A stretch of DNA of 55,405 nucleotides from Candidatus Liptonbacteria bacterium. Lineage in GTDB: Bacteria; Patescibacteriota; Minisyncoccia; UBA6257; JACOXY01. The notes under the pieces were generated by a model. That model was not told where the DNA came from. It saw nothing but the letters and a program-made list of their open reading frames with translations, and ran no database searches. The stretch is taken from contig JACOXY010000013.1 in NCBI GenBank assembly GCA_016182095.1, positions 1 through 55,405 on the forward strand, in the 5' to 3' direction. Of the stretch, positions 28,436 to 38,553 are shown piece after piece. Each line of letters starts with the position of its first letter. The first letter of the stretch is position 1. A program made the position numbers and the translations under genes.

Positions 28436-31400
28436 TTATTCTTCAAGCCCCACCCGCATAAACCAATCGGCGCTCGCGGTAGGATAGGGAATTCTAAAAG
28501 ACGGGCAATAACTGCCGTTGCATTCGCCTGATGGGCCAGAGGCAGCCACACCATCCTCAAAATCTCCGGCAGTTGAGATTGCGTTCTGGAAAGAGGTCCG
28601 GTAATAACCGACTGGATTGTCATAGCGCGCGTCAAGCACAAACCAATAAGTTTGATTGGCTTCGACTGTTACCGGATCGGCAAAATAAAACACACTGTTT
28701 CCGGATTCCGTCTCGGCAATTTTGTTTGAAAAATCCGGCTTATTTGCTCCATTATCATCATAAACAGCGAGTCTATAAGAGGCGTCATCACCTCCGTTGT
28801 TCCGCTGTATATCAAGCAAAACTTTATTAAAACTTCCCTCTTCTCCTGAAGATATACTCTGTAAACTCGCCGAGTCAATCAGTCCCCCGCCGCACACCGA
28901 ACAATTAATATTAATCCTGCCCCAAGGATAACTCCAGCCGTCTTGATTCAACTGCTCTATTAAAAATCGGATTGGCGGGCGAGACCATTCTTTAGTTAGT
29001 ATATTGGAATAATTTCCAAAATCATCCCTAGCCCTTACGCCTATCAAAAATCGTTCGCCAGGTAAAACTACTCTGCTCGTCGTGGTAGCATGCCCCAAGT
29101 TTTGCCAATCTTGATCTAAAAAATCAGCGTGAGCCGAGTTTGACTCGGAGGAGGTGGAAAAATTAACTTCATATTTGACAAGGTTCGGCTCTGTATCTGG
29201 GTCTTGCGCATCGCTCCAATTAAGATTGATGCTTCCGGATTTAGCATATTCCACATTAATCTCTCCGCTTAATTCGGGTGCCAAGTGTTCCGGCGGATTG
29301 CCGTTAAAAAAATATTTGGTTTTATCAACCGTGAGCAGTTTGAAATTATTAAGTGCCCCGTCCTCAACCCTCGTCCCCTGCGGATAGCTTCTGTAAAAAC
29401 CGTAATAGGCAACAGTGAGATATCCATCCGCCCCAAAATCAGCATCACCATAATTACCTATCCTGAAAATGAGTCGGTTTAGAGTACCGGCCAAATATTT
29501 ACCGAACCGCAGCGCGTCGTTCATAAATCCTCCCCAAATGCCGCACTGGCTTTCGTCGTCAGGCAAAAGCAGAGAAGACTTGTAGCTTAAGATGCCAACA
29601 CAGCTCTCATATTCCGTAAAAAGCGCGTCGCTTAAATTTTCGGGTGTGGGACGCGCGCTATCTAAGAATTCATCTTTCGGCGCTTCTTTGTTTTTGTAGA
29701 AAACTAGAACTTTCCAATTAGCTCCGTGATCCCGCGAAGTTAAGTCGGGCAAAAACGGGTAATTATTATATCGTAATTCAACTACCGGCGCATTGCCAAA
29801 AATTGAGCTTGTCGGGGCCTGATAAAAATAAATTCCCGATAAAATTCCCGGCACTTCAAAATCTTTGAAAACTTCGTCGCTCGCAAGTCCGTCTTTATCT
29901 GCCGCTTGAATTGAAAATCTATAGCCTCGTCCAACTTCGTCAATCCGTCTTTCAAAAGCAGTTGAGGTGCCGTTATATATAGAAACGCCAGAGCTATTAT
30001 ATTCTTTAACTTCGTAAGTAAAATAGTTAGCTACTGAACTAGATTCAATAGTTCCCGAGCTTGTCGAGGGACTACCACGCCAATTAAAAATCAGCGCGAG
30101 AGAGCTCGTGCTGAAGCTAACTTCCAAATCATTTACGGCGGCCGGGGCATCGCGCGGCTCCGGCAAACTCGTGCTATTTTGCGGTTTGGGAATTTCGCGC
30201 GCTTCAAAATCATTGTTGGAGTCGGCGTCGCATCCATTCCCCAAAAACTCGTTTTCATTTTGCGGCAAAACACAGGAACTGTTTTTGAAAGCTTTGCGCT
30301 CCAAGCTCTTGCCAGCTTCAATTTCGCCATATGTTATGTCATCAACTACTTCCGCAGTCGCGTGATCGCCGTTGTAAAGCAAAATTGAGTTATTGGTGTA
30401 AGCGATACTCGCCGATTGGGCGGAGTATCTTAAATCCGGCTCCACGTTCCCATTATAAGAAGGACTTGCGATTAGAAAAAATCTTTTGGGGAGAATCGTT
30501 CCGGCGAAAACTCCGTCATCCACAAGGTTGCTCTCACTGCCCGAAGAAGTTTTTTTGCGTAGCTCCCATCCGGTTAAATCAACGGCTGTTTCGGTTGGAT
30601 TATAAAGTTCAATAAACTCATAATCGGAAGCGTTAGTGGCGCCAGCTTGAATTTCGCTTATTACAATATGATTCGTTGTCATATTTGTCGTATCAGACAT
30701 ATTAGACGTATCCGTCGCGCTGGAAGCATTGGCAGTATTGTCATCTGCTTGAGTTGAAGAAGGTGGCGGTGAAGCCGACGCGCCGCCACCGGACCCGCCA
30801 GAAGGATAAGTTGAGTTTTCCGCCTTGGGAGTGCCGTTCGTGACCGAACTCGACTGCCATCCAAAACCATAAATACGCTCCATGGTATTTTTGGTGGAAT
30901 TATTTCCGGCAGGCCAACTGCTTGCGGCAATAACCTCATCCATTAAGCCGCATTTATTGTCAAAAAGGCGAAGACCCTCGCCAGTATTCGCGAGCGCGCC
31001 GCTATAAATGAAGTCAGCAGCAATACCAGGCACCGTGTCATCGTCGGCGCGCTCCAAAAGCAAAAACTTGCCGGCTTCGAGCTTAGTGCCAGAATCAATA
31101 GTGATATGAATTTGTTCCTCCTTATCTATAACTTGCCAGCCGGAAGCATCGACCGGGGTACCGCTTATGTTTTTCAATTCAATCCATTCGTCATTCGCGC
31201 TATTTGTCGTACCCATCCAGGCAACTTCATTTATAATAATCCCCGCGCGGCTTGGAGTGCCGGGGACGCCATATGAGCAAGTTGAAGTCCGATCTCCCGG
31301 AGGTAGTTCCTCCGCTGGAGGTGTGACCTCCCCATATTGGCTCTCCTCGTCAGACGCTCCAGCCACTTCTCCGGTTTGCGTTTTAGGAAGAATAGTAACA

Positions 31401-32632
31401 GAAACTGAAGTTCCTAATTCCTCATAATCATTAGACGTATCAGATACGTCATTATTTAATGGAATAACTTCTATTAGATTCGCGGATTCTGTCACCGAAC
31501 CGCCTCCATTATCGCCAAACAACGAATCCCACCAACCGATTACAGCATCAATTGTATTTGCAAAAAATGATTTTTCCGCCTCATTATTATAGCGGCCATC
31601 TTTCTCGGCCGCGGCAACTTCTTTAAAAAACAGATCAATTAAGCCGGCACCGTGCCGAACTGCGCTGGTTGAGAGGAGGGACCAGTAGTTTTTTAGAACA
31701 AGACTATCGGGATCTGATAAGGTTATGTCAGAACGAAGCACCGTAACCAAATCACCGTATCTTGCATACATAAAGAGCAGCTGCGTATTTCCTTCTTCAT
31801 CTTCTTTAACAGCAAAAACTCGGCCACTAATTTTTGTCGGAGAGTTTGAGCTCGGAATAGGCAATTCGTACCCGCTTGATACCCCAATTCTATTTTGGCT
31901 ATAAAAATTATTATTTGAGTACTTCGCCATCACGTTGAAATAATTATCAACGCTATCCTGAACAATCGGCGCCATCCCTGTTAAGCGTGTTTTTAATTCT
32001 TTGTCGGGACTTTCCAAACCAAAAGCTCCGGCGAAATTTTCATATGGGCTCCTATCCCATTCGCTCCCAGGATGGGGATCATTTCGGGTGTGATCGGGAA
32101 CTGATGCGTCCTCTAATAAGTGCAGGACGTGGCCCAAGATAAACATGGCTTTTTCTTTGTCGCCTCGCGCGTAGTACTCCACTGCCCTCTCCCAGGTAAA
32201 GTCCGACTCGGTGGTTAGCGCTCCCAACTGTTTTTCCTGCCAGGCGGTTAAAATAGAAGTTATAAAAGCATAAGCCTTATAGCGAGTCTCTGTTTGCTTC
32301 TCTGCATCCTCGGCCCACTCTTTTGACCTATAGCCATCTCCATAAATAGATGTGAGCCCGGTGTCGTTAATAGGATCATAAAAATGATTAAGCCACCTTG
32401 GCGCGTCATCCTCGCGCCTTGAGCCGTCAATCAAGAATGGTTTTAAGTTTTCCGAAATTTTATTATTCTGATAGCGCTCGTTATAAAAATCAAAAATTTC
32501 CGAGGTTAAGTAGGCGTGCGTCCCAACTCCATACGCCAGCGCCTCGTTTGCACTTACAAAAGCTCCGACAGTAATCGGAGCAATAAACAGAGCAAAAAGT
32601 GATATTTTATTTCTTGCACCAAGGCGCTTCAT
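28436..32632 (-). CDS. Large secreted multidomain protein: Zn phospholipase C/P1-nuclease-like domain, two lamin-tail domains, FN3-like modules
   Basis: Signal peptide; YGVGTH, NHFYDP, GHVLHLLEDASVPDH; IIINEVAW..EWIELKN and VISEIQ..EFIELYNPT. Confidence 0.8.
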   Translation of the reverse strand: MKRLGARNKISLFALFIAPITVGAFVSANEALAYGVGTHAYLTSEIFDFYNERYQNNKISENLKPFLIDGSRREDDAPRWLNHFYDPINDTGLTSIYGDGYRSKEWAEDAEKQTETRYKAYAFITSILTAWQEKQLGALTTESDFTWERAVEYYARGDKEKAMFILGHVLHLLEDASVPDHTRNDPHPGSEWDRSPYENFAGAFGLESPDKELKTRLTGMAPIVQDSVDNYFNVMAKYSNNNFYSQNRIGVSSGYELPIPSSNSPTKISGRVFAVKEDEEGNTQLLFMYARYGDLVTVLRSDITLSDPDSLVLKNYWSLLSTSAVRHGAGLIDLFFKEVAAAEKDGRYNNEAEKSFFANTIDAVIGWWDSLFGDNGGGSVTESANLIEVIPLNNDVSDTSNDYEELGTSVSVTILPKTQTGEVAGASDEESQYGEVTPPAEELPPGDRTSTCSYGVPGTPSRAGIIINEVAWMGTTNSANDEWIELKNISGTPVDASGWQVIDKEEQIHITIDSGTKLEAGKFLLLERADDDTVPGIAADFIYSGALANTGEGLRLFDNKCGLMDEVIAASSWPAGNNSTKNTMERIYGFGWQSSSVTNGTPKAENSTYPSGGSGGGASASPPPSSTQADDNTANASSATDTSNMSDTTNMTTNHIVISEIQAGATNASDYEFIELYNPTETAVDLTGWELRKKTSSGSESNLVDDGVFAGTILPKRFFLIASPSYNGNVEPDLRYSAQSASIAYTNNSILLYNGDHATAEVVDDITYGEIEAGKSLERKAFKNSSCVLPQNENEFLGNGCDADSNNDFEAREIPKPQNSTSLPEPRDAPAAVNDLEVSFSTSSLALIFNWRGSPSTSSGTIESSSVANYFTYEVKEYNSSGVSIYNGTSTAFERRIDEVGRGYRFSIQAADKDGLASDEVFKDFEVPGILSGIYFYQAPTSSIFGNAPVVELRYNNYPFLPDLTSRDHGANWKVLVFYKNKEAPKDEFLDSARPTPENLSDALFTEYESCVGILSYKSSLLLPDDESQCGIWGGFMNDALRFGKYLAGTLNRLIFRIGNYGDADFGADGYLTVAYYGFYRSYPQGTRVEDGALNNFKLLTVDKTKYFFNGNPPEHLAPELSGEINVEYAKSGSINLNWSDAQDPDTEPNLVKYEVNFSTSSESNSAHADFLDQDWQNLGHATTTSRVVLPGERFLIGVRARDDFGNYSNILTKEWSRPPIRFLIEQLNQDGWSYPWGRININCSVCGGGLIDSASLQSISSGEEGSFNKVLLDIQRNNGGDDASYRLAVYDDNGANKPDFSNKIAETESGNSVFYFADPVTVEANQTYWFVLDARYDNPVGYYRTSFQNAISTAGDFEDGVAASGPSGECNGSYCPSFRIPYPTASADWFMRVGLEE

Positions 32633-32675
32633 GTTCTAAGTTCTAAGTTATAAGTCCTTTGTTCTTTCTCAAATA

Positions 32676-33212
32676 CTACATACTTTCTATTTTCCATACA
32701 TTAGATTCTTCGTCTAACTTAAAAACTATGGTCTGGTACGCATCAGAATTTTCATCTCGTATTTCAAACCATTTTGTGTCATTAGACAATTCTTCCTTAG
32801 ATTCAACTGGCTTTGCTGCTAATAAACCATTGGCTATTTCTTGTAGCCTCCCATCTTCTTTGGCTTTTAATAAAGCTTCCTCCCATTTTTTTCTCGTCAA
32901 AAAATACTCCTGGTTTTCGGCAGTGAAATTCAGATCAAGCATAAAATATTTAGAGGCAAGGTCTACGTCTTCTTTCCGCAAAGCAGCGATAAAAAGATCC
33001 AGTGTTTCTTGCGGAGTCTTCCCGCCATAGGTGTCCGCTTTAAGCGCGGCCTTAATATCGTCGCTCAACTTTTCAAAGTTCTTGGCGGTTTGTTCTATGT
33101 TAATTTTATCGCGGCTTCCATAGTAATAATTCCACGCGGCATATACGGCCAAAATCCCCGCGATAATAAGCAAAAATAACGCCGCTGATTTTAAAAAATG
33201 TTTCCCTTCCAT
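32676..33212 (-). CDS. Membrane-anchored hypothetical protein upstream of the PLC-like gene
   Basis: N-terminal TM; DTYGGKTPQETLDLFIAAL...ASKYF. Confidence 0.75.
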   Translation of the reverse strand: MEGKHFLKSAALFLLIIAGILAVYAAWNYYYGSRDKINIEQTAKNFEKLSDDIKAALKADTYGGKTPQETLDLFIAALRKEDVDLASKYFMLDLNFTAENQEYFLTRKKWEEALLKAKEDGRLQEIANGLLAAKPVESKEELSNDTKWFEIRDENSDAYQTIVFKLDEESNVWKIESM

Positions 33213-33217
33213 ACCCC

Positions 33218-33352
33218 ATCTAACGACATCGCAAGTCGTAAATTAATTTCTTCATTAAAAATCAATGATTGACTGTACCAAATTCCTACAAACGGTGTCA
33301 AGCGACAGCTACCACCACATCCACCATTTAACGACTTGCGATGTCGTTAGAT
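33218..33352. repeat. 135-bp element with perfect 22-bp inverted repeats
   Basis: atctaacgacatcgcaagtcgt / acgacttgcgatgtcgttagat. Confidence 0.8.
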
Positions 33353-33425
33353 AAGAAATGTGCGACCTATCTTAAAAAAGAAAAGCCCCCGCAAAGAGCT
33401 GGGGCGCTAATCTGGAAAATTTATT

Positions 33426-34607
33426 CTAAGAAAACAGCTCATCTCTAACATAATCTCCGATTACAGTCGCGCAAGTAAGTCCGGGAGAGTCCGCCATCAC
33501 ATGGCGCAACCCAGGGAACATTTTGTCGCGTTCAATAATAAAGTCGTCCTTGGGCAATTTCAGCTTAGCGCGAATCCCTATATAGCCTTTTTCCAAATCA
33601 TCTGCTCGCAATCCAGGTATAATACATGCCATGGCGTCTGCAAAATGCTCTGGTCCATGTATAAATGTCTTATAGTCGGTTAAGCTGTCGCATGGATCAG
33701 CGGTGGGCCCAACAAGAACAGTGCGGCCTATAACCGGTTTTCGATCGGCATCAAGCTCAAATGTAGGCGTGAGATGAATACCAACCGAAAAATATTCATG
33801 TCCGTCACGCTCGGCATATTTAGGCGTCGTATAAACATTCATTCCGCGCAAGTAAAGTTCAGGACGTTTCAATTTATTAAAGGTATAGTATTCTCCACGA
33901 AGCGGCTGAATTTCATAAGGGTTTTCAGGATTCACCATCTTCGCGATTTTTGGCGCGTAAAGTCCGGCGGCATTTACAAGATTATATGTGCGAAAGCAAT
34001 ATCTTTCATTCCGCTCCACAACCGATACCTCAAAACCGTGCGCGGTTGACGGATTGATGCCGACAATTTCCGCGTTTTTTATAATGGTAACACCTGCATC
34101 TACAGCGAGTTGTTCCAATCTGTTCACATAGGTTGCGGCGTCAAACACCCCGGAGGTTGGCGCAAGCAAGGCCGAGCGCCCGCGGACATTCGGCTCAAAC
34201 GATGGAATTTCATGCCCAGGAATAATTTGAACATGCGGCACACCATTTTCTTTGGCGCGCTGTAAGTAGAATTCCAAAATAGATTCGTCTTCGGGAGTAA
34301 CCGCGACTACCATCTTTCCCCCAATCGCGGAGTGATAGGGAACGCCATGTCGCAGAAAAAATTCTTTTGACTTTCTATTCCCTAAAACGCAGAGTCGCGA
34401 CTTAAGCGTTCCCGGCGGGTAATAAATATCGGCGTGATTTACGCCCGAACTATGTGTCGTTTGCTCTTCGCCAAGACACGCATTTTTTTCAAACAGATAG
34501 ACGGTGTCTTTCTGTCTTTCATATTTTCCAGCAAGTTTCCATGCGCTCACGGCTCCAAGAACCCCTCCGCCGATAACGACGACCGGAAGTTCAATCCGTG
34601 AGTTCAT
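33426..34607 (-). CDS. FAD-dependent oxidoreductase, L-2-hydroxyglutarate oxidase (LhgO)-like
   Basis: IGGGVLG, HSSGVNHADIYY, NAAGLYA, RGEYY, GIHLTPT, SPGLT. Confidence 0.85.
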   Translation of the reverse strand: MNSRIELPVVVIGGGVLGAVSAWKLAGKYERQKDTVYLFEKNACLGEEQTTHSSGVNHADIYYPPGTLKSRLCVLGNRKSKEFFLRHGVPYHSAIGGKMVVAVTPEDESILEFYLQRAKENGVPHVQIIPGHEIPSFEPNVRGRSALLAPTSGVFDAATYVNRLEQLAVDAGVTIIKNAEIVGINPSTAHGFEVSVVERNERYCFRTYNLVNAAGLYAPKIAKMVNPENPYEIQPLRGEYYTFNKLKRPELYLRGMNVYTTPKYAERDGHEYFSVGIHLTPTFELDADRKPVIGRTVLVGPTADPCDSLTDYKTFIHGPEHFADAMACIIPGLRADDLEKGYIGIRAKLKLPKDDFIIERDKMFPGLRHVMADSPGLTCATVIGDYVRDELFS

Positions 34608-34993
34608 GGCGTAAATGCCCTCCGTTGTAAAGACAATTGCGCCACTCTATGCCCACAAGCGCGACATTTGTATGTTTTGGCATAGCTGAAAACTCTGAGC
34701 ATATCCGCTTTCGGACGCCATTCGCCGCACTTCGCGCAAATAAACAAACTCATTTTTTCAAAATCATAAATAGCGCCTGAAACCCATTGAAAATCATCCA
34801 TTTTACCGGCAACATCAAAATGAACGCAGAGCATCCCCGCGCGATTGCAAACCTTTAAAATTGTAAGTCCTTTGGCCCGCGGGTCCTTCAATTTTTCGGC
34901 CATGTCAAGCAAAAATTTCTTCCAGCCGGGACCAGCTCTTTTATGAGAGCACTTGATGCGCAGAAGAGGCAGACGAACGCCTTTGCGGCCCAT
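34604..34993 (-). CDS. Hypothetical protein with Zn-ribbon-like Cys pairs
   Basis: GPGW motif, CAKCG, CRACG; GGAGG RBS; overlaps the next start codon. Confidence 0.65.
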   Translation of the reverse strand: MGRKGVRLPLLRIKCSHKRAGPGWKKFLLDMAEKLKDPRAKGLTILKVCNRAGMLCVHFDVAGKMDDFQWVSGAIYDFEKMSLFICAKCGEWRPKADMLRVFSYAKTYKCRACGHRVAQLSLQRRAFTP

Positions 34994-35257
34994 TCCACCC
35001 TCCTTTTCTTATTAACTTAAAAACTTCTGATTAGATCGTAGCTCACAGGATTTCATTTTGCAATTGCGCAGTATTCTTGAATTAGTCCGAACGCATTTTT
35101 CCGAAAAAATCCCCCCGCGAAAATTCGGAAAAGCGGCGGCTCGTACTGAGCGAAGTCGAAGTGAGCCGCACCGCTGACAATTTTCCGCCAGAGGCGGATC
35201 TGCCTCTGGCATGACAAGTTTTTCTTTGGCGGCAAATTCAATAACAAAAAAGTATTT

Positions 35258-35887
35258 TTAAAGCGGCTGGAATGTCATAATCATTTCTTTGAGAGTATCC
35301 TTTTTCTCAAGATGACTCTGAAATTCAACAAGTCCATTATTTACACACAAAACGATATGATACCTTTCTTGTTCACCACCAATCCAACCATAAGTAGCGT
35401 TAAACTCTATTCCTTGGTAATCGTGGATAGTAATAGGCGTAACAGCCTTTGCACTAAATCGTTCTTGGCAACTTCTCTTATCTTGAGTAGAAATCGAAGT
35501 TCCTTTCAAAGAATAATCATCTTCTGCAAATTTTATATCAGTCGGCTCAAAATAAACAACGGCTTTAAGGGGAACGTATTGATCTTGCGACGGGAATTGC
35601 TTCGCCCCTTCTCTAGGAACGCTAATTGGGTAATAAAATTTCCAGTTAGCAGGATATTTTATTTCGTATTTGTATTCATCATTAGAATAAGTTTTCCAAC
35701 TAGAAGTTATGCTCTGTGGCTGTGTAGTATTGGGCGACGGATTCGGCTTAGATACTTGGGGCGATTGAGATGGAATTGGTTGCCGATCTGGCAATCCTTG
35801 CTTGTTCAAAATCATCAGATACCCAAAGACACCAAGAGAAACGACGACAACGATAGATATTATGACTATGAGTTTATTTTGAAACAT
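35258..35887 (-). CDS. Membrane-anchored PsbP-like surface protein
   Basis: N-terminal TM, P/S/Q linker, WKTYSNDEYKYEIKYPANW, C-terminal MIMTFQ. Confidence 0.75.
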   Translation of the reverse strand: MFQNKLIVIISIVVVVSLGVFGYLMILNKQGLPDRQPIPSQSPQVSKPNPSPNTTQPQSITSSWKTYSNDEYKYEIKYPANWKFYYPISVPREGAKQFPSQDQYVPLKAVVYFEPTDIKFAEDDYSLKGTSISTQDKRSCQERFSAKAVTPITIHDYQGIEFNATYGWIGGEQERYHIVLCVNNGLVEFQSHLEKKDTLKEMIMTFQPL

Positions 35888-35889
35888 AG

Positions 35890-36060
35890 ATGATTAAAAA
35901 ATTTTCTTCCCCCAAAATGCAGAATCGCCAATTCGTTTTTACCCCCAAAATTGAATGCGAATTAGTCGCCGAGTCCTTCGATTTTGCTCAGGATAAACTC
36001 CGCGAGGCAAACCAAAGCTCCTTGACTTTTCCTTTCTGGTGCGCCCGGAGGGACTCGAAC
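35890..36060 (+). pseudogene. C-terminal remnant of a serine-recombinase-like gene reading antisense into tRNA-Arg
   Basis: ...NRQFVFTPKI...LTFPFWCARRDSNP; same arrangement as the recombinase at tRNA-Ser; family assignment is inference. Confidence 0.5.
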
Positions 36061-36113
36061 CCCCAACCCTCTGGTTCGAAGCCAGATACTCTATCCAATT
36101 GAGCTACGGGCGC
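36037..36113 (-). tRNA. tRNA-Arg(UCG)
   Basis: Cloverleaf; TCTGG-CTTCGAA-CCAGA; CCA encoded. Confidence 0.95.
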
Positions 36114-36195
36114 ATTATCTCCTTATAGTATGCAAAAATATAGACTTCGTCAAAGTTTTTTGATATAATATGCGGGTAAATATCCTGGCTCCGAT

Positions 36196-36268
36196 GCGCC
36201 CATAGCTCAATTGGCAGAGCAGCTCGCTCTTAACGAGAAGGTTCCAGGTTCGAGGCCTGGTGGGCGCA
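36196..36268 (+). tRNA. tRNA-Lys(CUU)
   Basis: Cloverleaf; ctcg-CTCTTAA-cgag; GGTTCGAG T-loop. Confidence 0.92.
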
Positions 36269-36315
36269 CACTTCAACGGATTCAGTGTAAACACCTCAAC
36301 AAGCTCAGTGTAAAC
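36269..36315. repeat. Two tandem 23-bp REP-like units
   Basis: cacttcaacggattcagtgtaaa / cacctcaacaagctcagtgtaaa. Confidence 0.7.
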
Positions 36316-36317
36316 AA

Positions 36318-38513
36318 ATGTTCAAGCTTGATACCAACATACAAGAAATAAAAGGCATACCGCCGAAATTCGCGAAGAAGCTCTCAACATTAAAAATTGA
36401 AACCGTAAAAGATCTCTTGTGGCACTTCCCGGCGCGCTACGAAGATTACTCAAAAATTTACAATGTAGAAGAACTGATACCCGGACAGCAAGCCACGATA
36501 AAAGGTGAAGTTCAAAAAATAAACACTAAACGTACCTGGAGGCGACAAATGCTTATAACCGAAGCACGCATCGCCGACATGACCGGCGTGATTCGCGCTG
36601 TGTGGTGGAATCAGCCATACATAGAAAATAGTTTACGGATTGGAACCGTTGCTAATTTTGCCGGCAAAATCCGCGAAGATGGCGACGGTTTTTATTTCTC
36701 TAATCCGGCCTATGAAATGATCCGTAGCAACAAAGAAACCAGGCACACCGCGAGACTAGTGCCGATTTACCCCGAAACAAGGGGGCTAACCTCAAAAGGG
36801 ATCAGATTTCTTATGAAGCCGATACTGGAGCGATCGGAAGAAATTAAAGAATTTATACCGAAGAAAATCTTAGAAGAGCGCGGGCTCCCGGAAATAAACA
36901 GGGCCATAAGCGCGATACACTTCCCCATAACGATAGAAGCGGCCCTAAACGCTAAAAAAAGATTTGTGTTTGAAGAACTGTTCCTACTACAGCTCTTGAA
37001 CATGAAGCAAAGACAAGCCATGGCAAAAGAAAAAGCTCCGACGCTCACAGTTAACAACGAAGAATTTCAAAAAATTATAAATAGCCTGCCGTTCCCGCTA
37101 ACACAAGCGCAAACAAGGGTTCTCACAGAAATATTTAATGACCTAAAGAAACCGACTCCCATGAACCGGCTCTTGCAGGGAGATGTAGGATCCGGGAAAA
37201 CCGTAGTAGCGGCTCTTGCGGCTTTAGCCTTCGCTTACAATAATTATCAGACGGCTTTTATGGCTCCAACGGAAATCCTGGCGCGACAGCATTATGAAAC
37301 TTTCAAAAAACTGCTTGCTCCTCTCAACCAAAAAGTGGGCATCGCTCTTTTAACCAGCAATGAAGCGAAAGTTTTTGGTGAAAATGATTTAGAAGAAGAA
37401 ACCACTAAGAAAAAAGCCAAGGAGGCGGTGGAGAATGGCAAAATTAAAATAGTTTTGGGAACACACGCCCTTATACAAAAAGATGTCCTGTTCAATCGCA
37501 TAGGACTCGCAATAATTGATGAGCAACACAGATTTGGAGTACGCCAGAGATCACAGTTATTAAAAAGCGTGCAGAAAGAAAAATTGCTGCCACACCTCCT
37601 GTCAATGAGCGCAACCCCAATACCAAGAACTCTAACGCTCACTATTTTTGGCGACCTTGATCTTTCGGTTATAGATGAGATGCCAAAAGGCAGGCAACCA
37701 ATTATCACAAAAGTTGTGGCGCCAGAAAACCGCGGCAAGGCTTATGCGTTCATAAAAGCCCAGGTAAAAGCCGGCCGGCAAGTATTTGTAATTTGTCCAC
37801 GTATTGAATCTAGTTCTGAAAATGAGAAGTCTTCGCTATCCCCCATGCCCCATACCCCATACCCTTCCTCATGGGCCGATATAAAAAATGTAACCGAAGA
37901 ATACGAAAAATTATCCAAAAAAATTTTCCCGGACTTAAAAGTGGCGATGCTCCACGGAAAACTAAAGCCAAAAGAGAAGGGGGAAATTATGTCCGCCTTC
38001 GCCTCCTCCTCCGCTAAAGCTATGGGGGACAAGAAAGGTTCAGCGGATAAGAAAAATAAAATTGATCTCCTAGTTTCAACTTCGGTTGTGGAGGTGGGAG
38101 TGGACATCCCAAACGCTACTATAATGATGATTGAGGGGGCTGACAGGTTCGGCCTGGCACAACTTTACCAATTTAGAGGCCGGGTCGGACGCGGAGAACA
38201 CCAATCGTTTTGCCTTCTGTTTACAAACTCTTCATCAAAATCTACTAAGGAAAGATTAGGGGCTCTGGTAACGGCAAAAAATGGTTTTGAGCTCGCTGAA
38301 ATGGACTTAAAAATCCGCGGACCTGGAGAATTTTTGGGATCTAGCCAAACCGGTATGCCGGACATAGCCATGCGAGCCCTGCAAAATATGGAACTAATCA
38401 AAGAAGGACGCTCCGCGGCGGAAGCTGTGCTGGCTAAAAGTTCAGATCTAAAAAAGTATCCGTCTCTTCGGATAAGAACGGCCGAATTTGAAAAAATCAT
38501 CCATCCGGAATAA
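36318..38513 (+). CDS. recG: ATP-dependent DNA helicase RecG
   Basis: RLLQGDVGSGKT, DEQHRFGV, MSATPIPR, QFRGRVGRG, DLKIRGPG. Confidence 0.97.
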   Translation: MFKLDTNIQEIKGIPPKFAKKLSTLKIETVKDLLWHFPARYEDYSKIYNVEELIPGQQATIKGEVQKINTKRTWRRQMLITEARIADMTGVIRAVWWNQPYIENSLRIGTVANFAGKIREDGDGFYFSNPAYEMIRSNKETRHTARLVPIYPETRGLTSKGIRFLMKPILERSEEIKEFIPKKILEERGLPEINRAISAIHFPITIEAALNAKKRFVFEELFLLQLLNMKQRQAMAKEKAPTLTVNNEEFQKIINSLPFPLTQAQTRVLTEIFNDLKKPTPMNRLLQGDVGSGKTVVAALAALAFAYNNYQTAFMAPTEILARQHYETFKKLLAPLNQKVGIALLTSNEAKVFGENDLEEETTKKKAKEAVENGKIKIVLGTHALIQKDVLFNRIGLAIIDEQHRFGVRQRSQLLKSVQKEKLLPHLLSMSATPIPRTLTLTIFGDLDLSVIDEMPKGRQPIITKVVAPENRGKAYAFIKAQVKAGRQVFVICPRIESSSENEKSSLSPMPHTPYPSSWADIKNVTEEYEKLSKKIFPDLKVAMLHGKLKPKEKGEIMSAFASSSAKAMGDKKGSADKKNKIDLLVSTSVVEVGVDIPNATIMMIEGADRFGLAQLYQFRGRVGRGEHQSFCLLFTNSSSKSTKERLGALVTAKNGFELAEMDLKIRGPGEFLGSSQTGMPDIAMRALQNMELIKEGRSAAEAVLAKSSDLKKYPSLRIRTAEFEKIIHPE

Positions 38514-38553
38514 TCTAAGCGGTCCCGCTTATTGAATATTAAGCGGCGTCGTC

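Noticed and set aside
35012-35247. Short ORFs MPEADPPLAEN... and MLLNLPPKK...
   Set aside because: Translations of palindromic repeat DNA
36269-36315. CRISPR array
   Set aside because: Only two adjacent units with no spacer; they belong to a dispersed palindrome family
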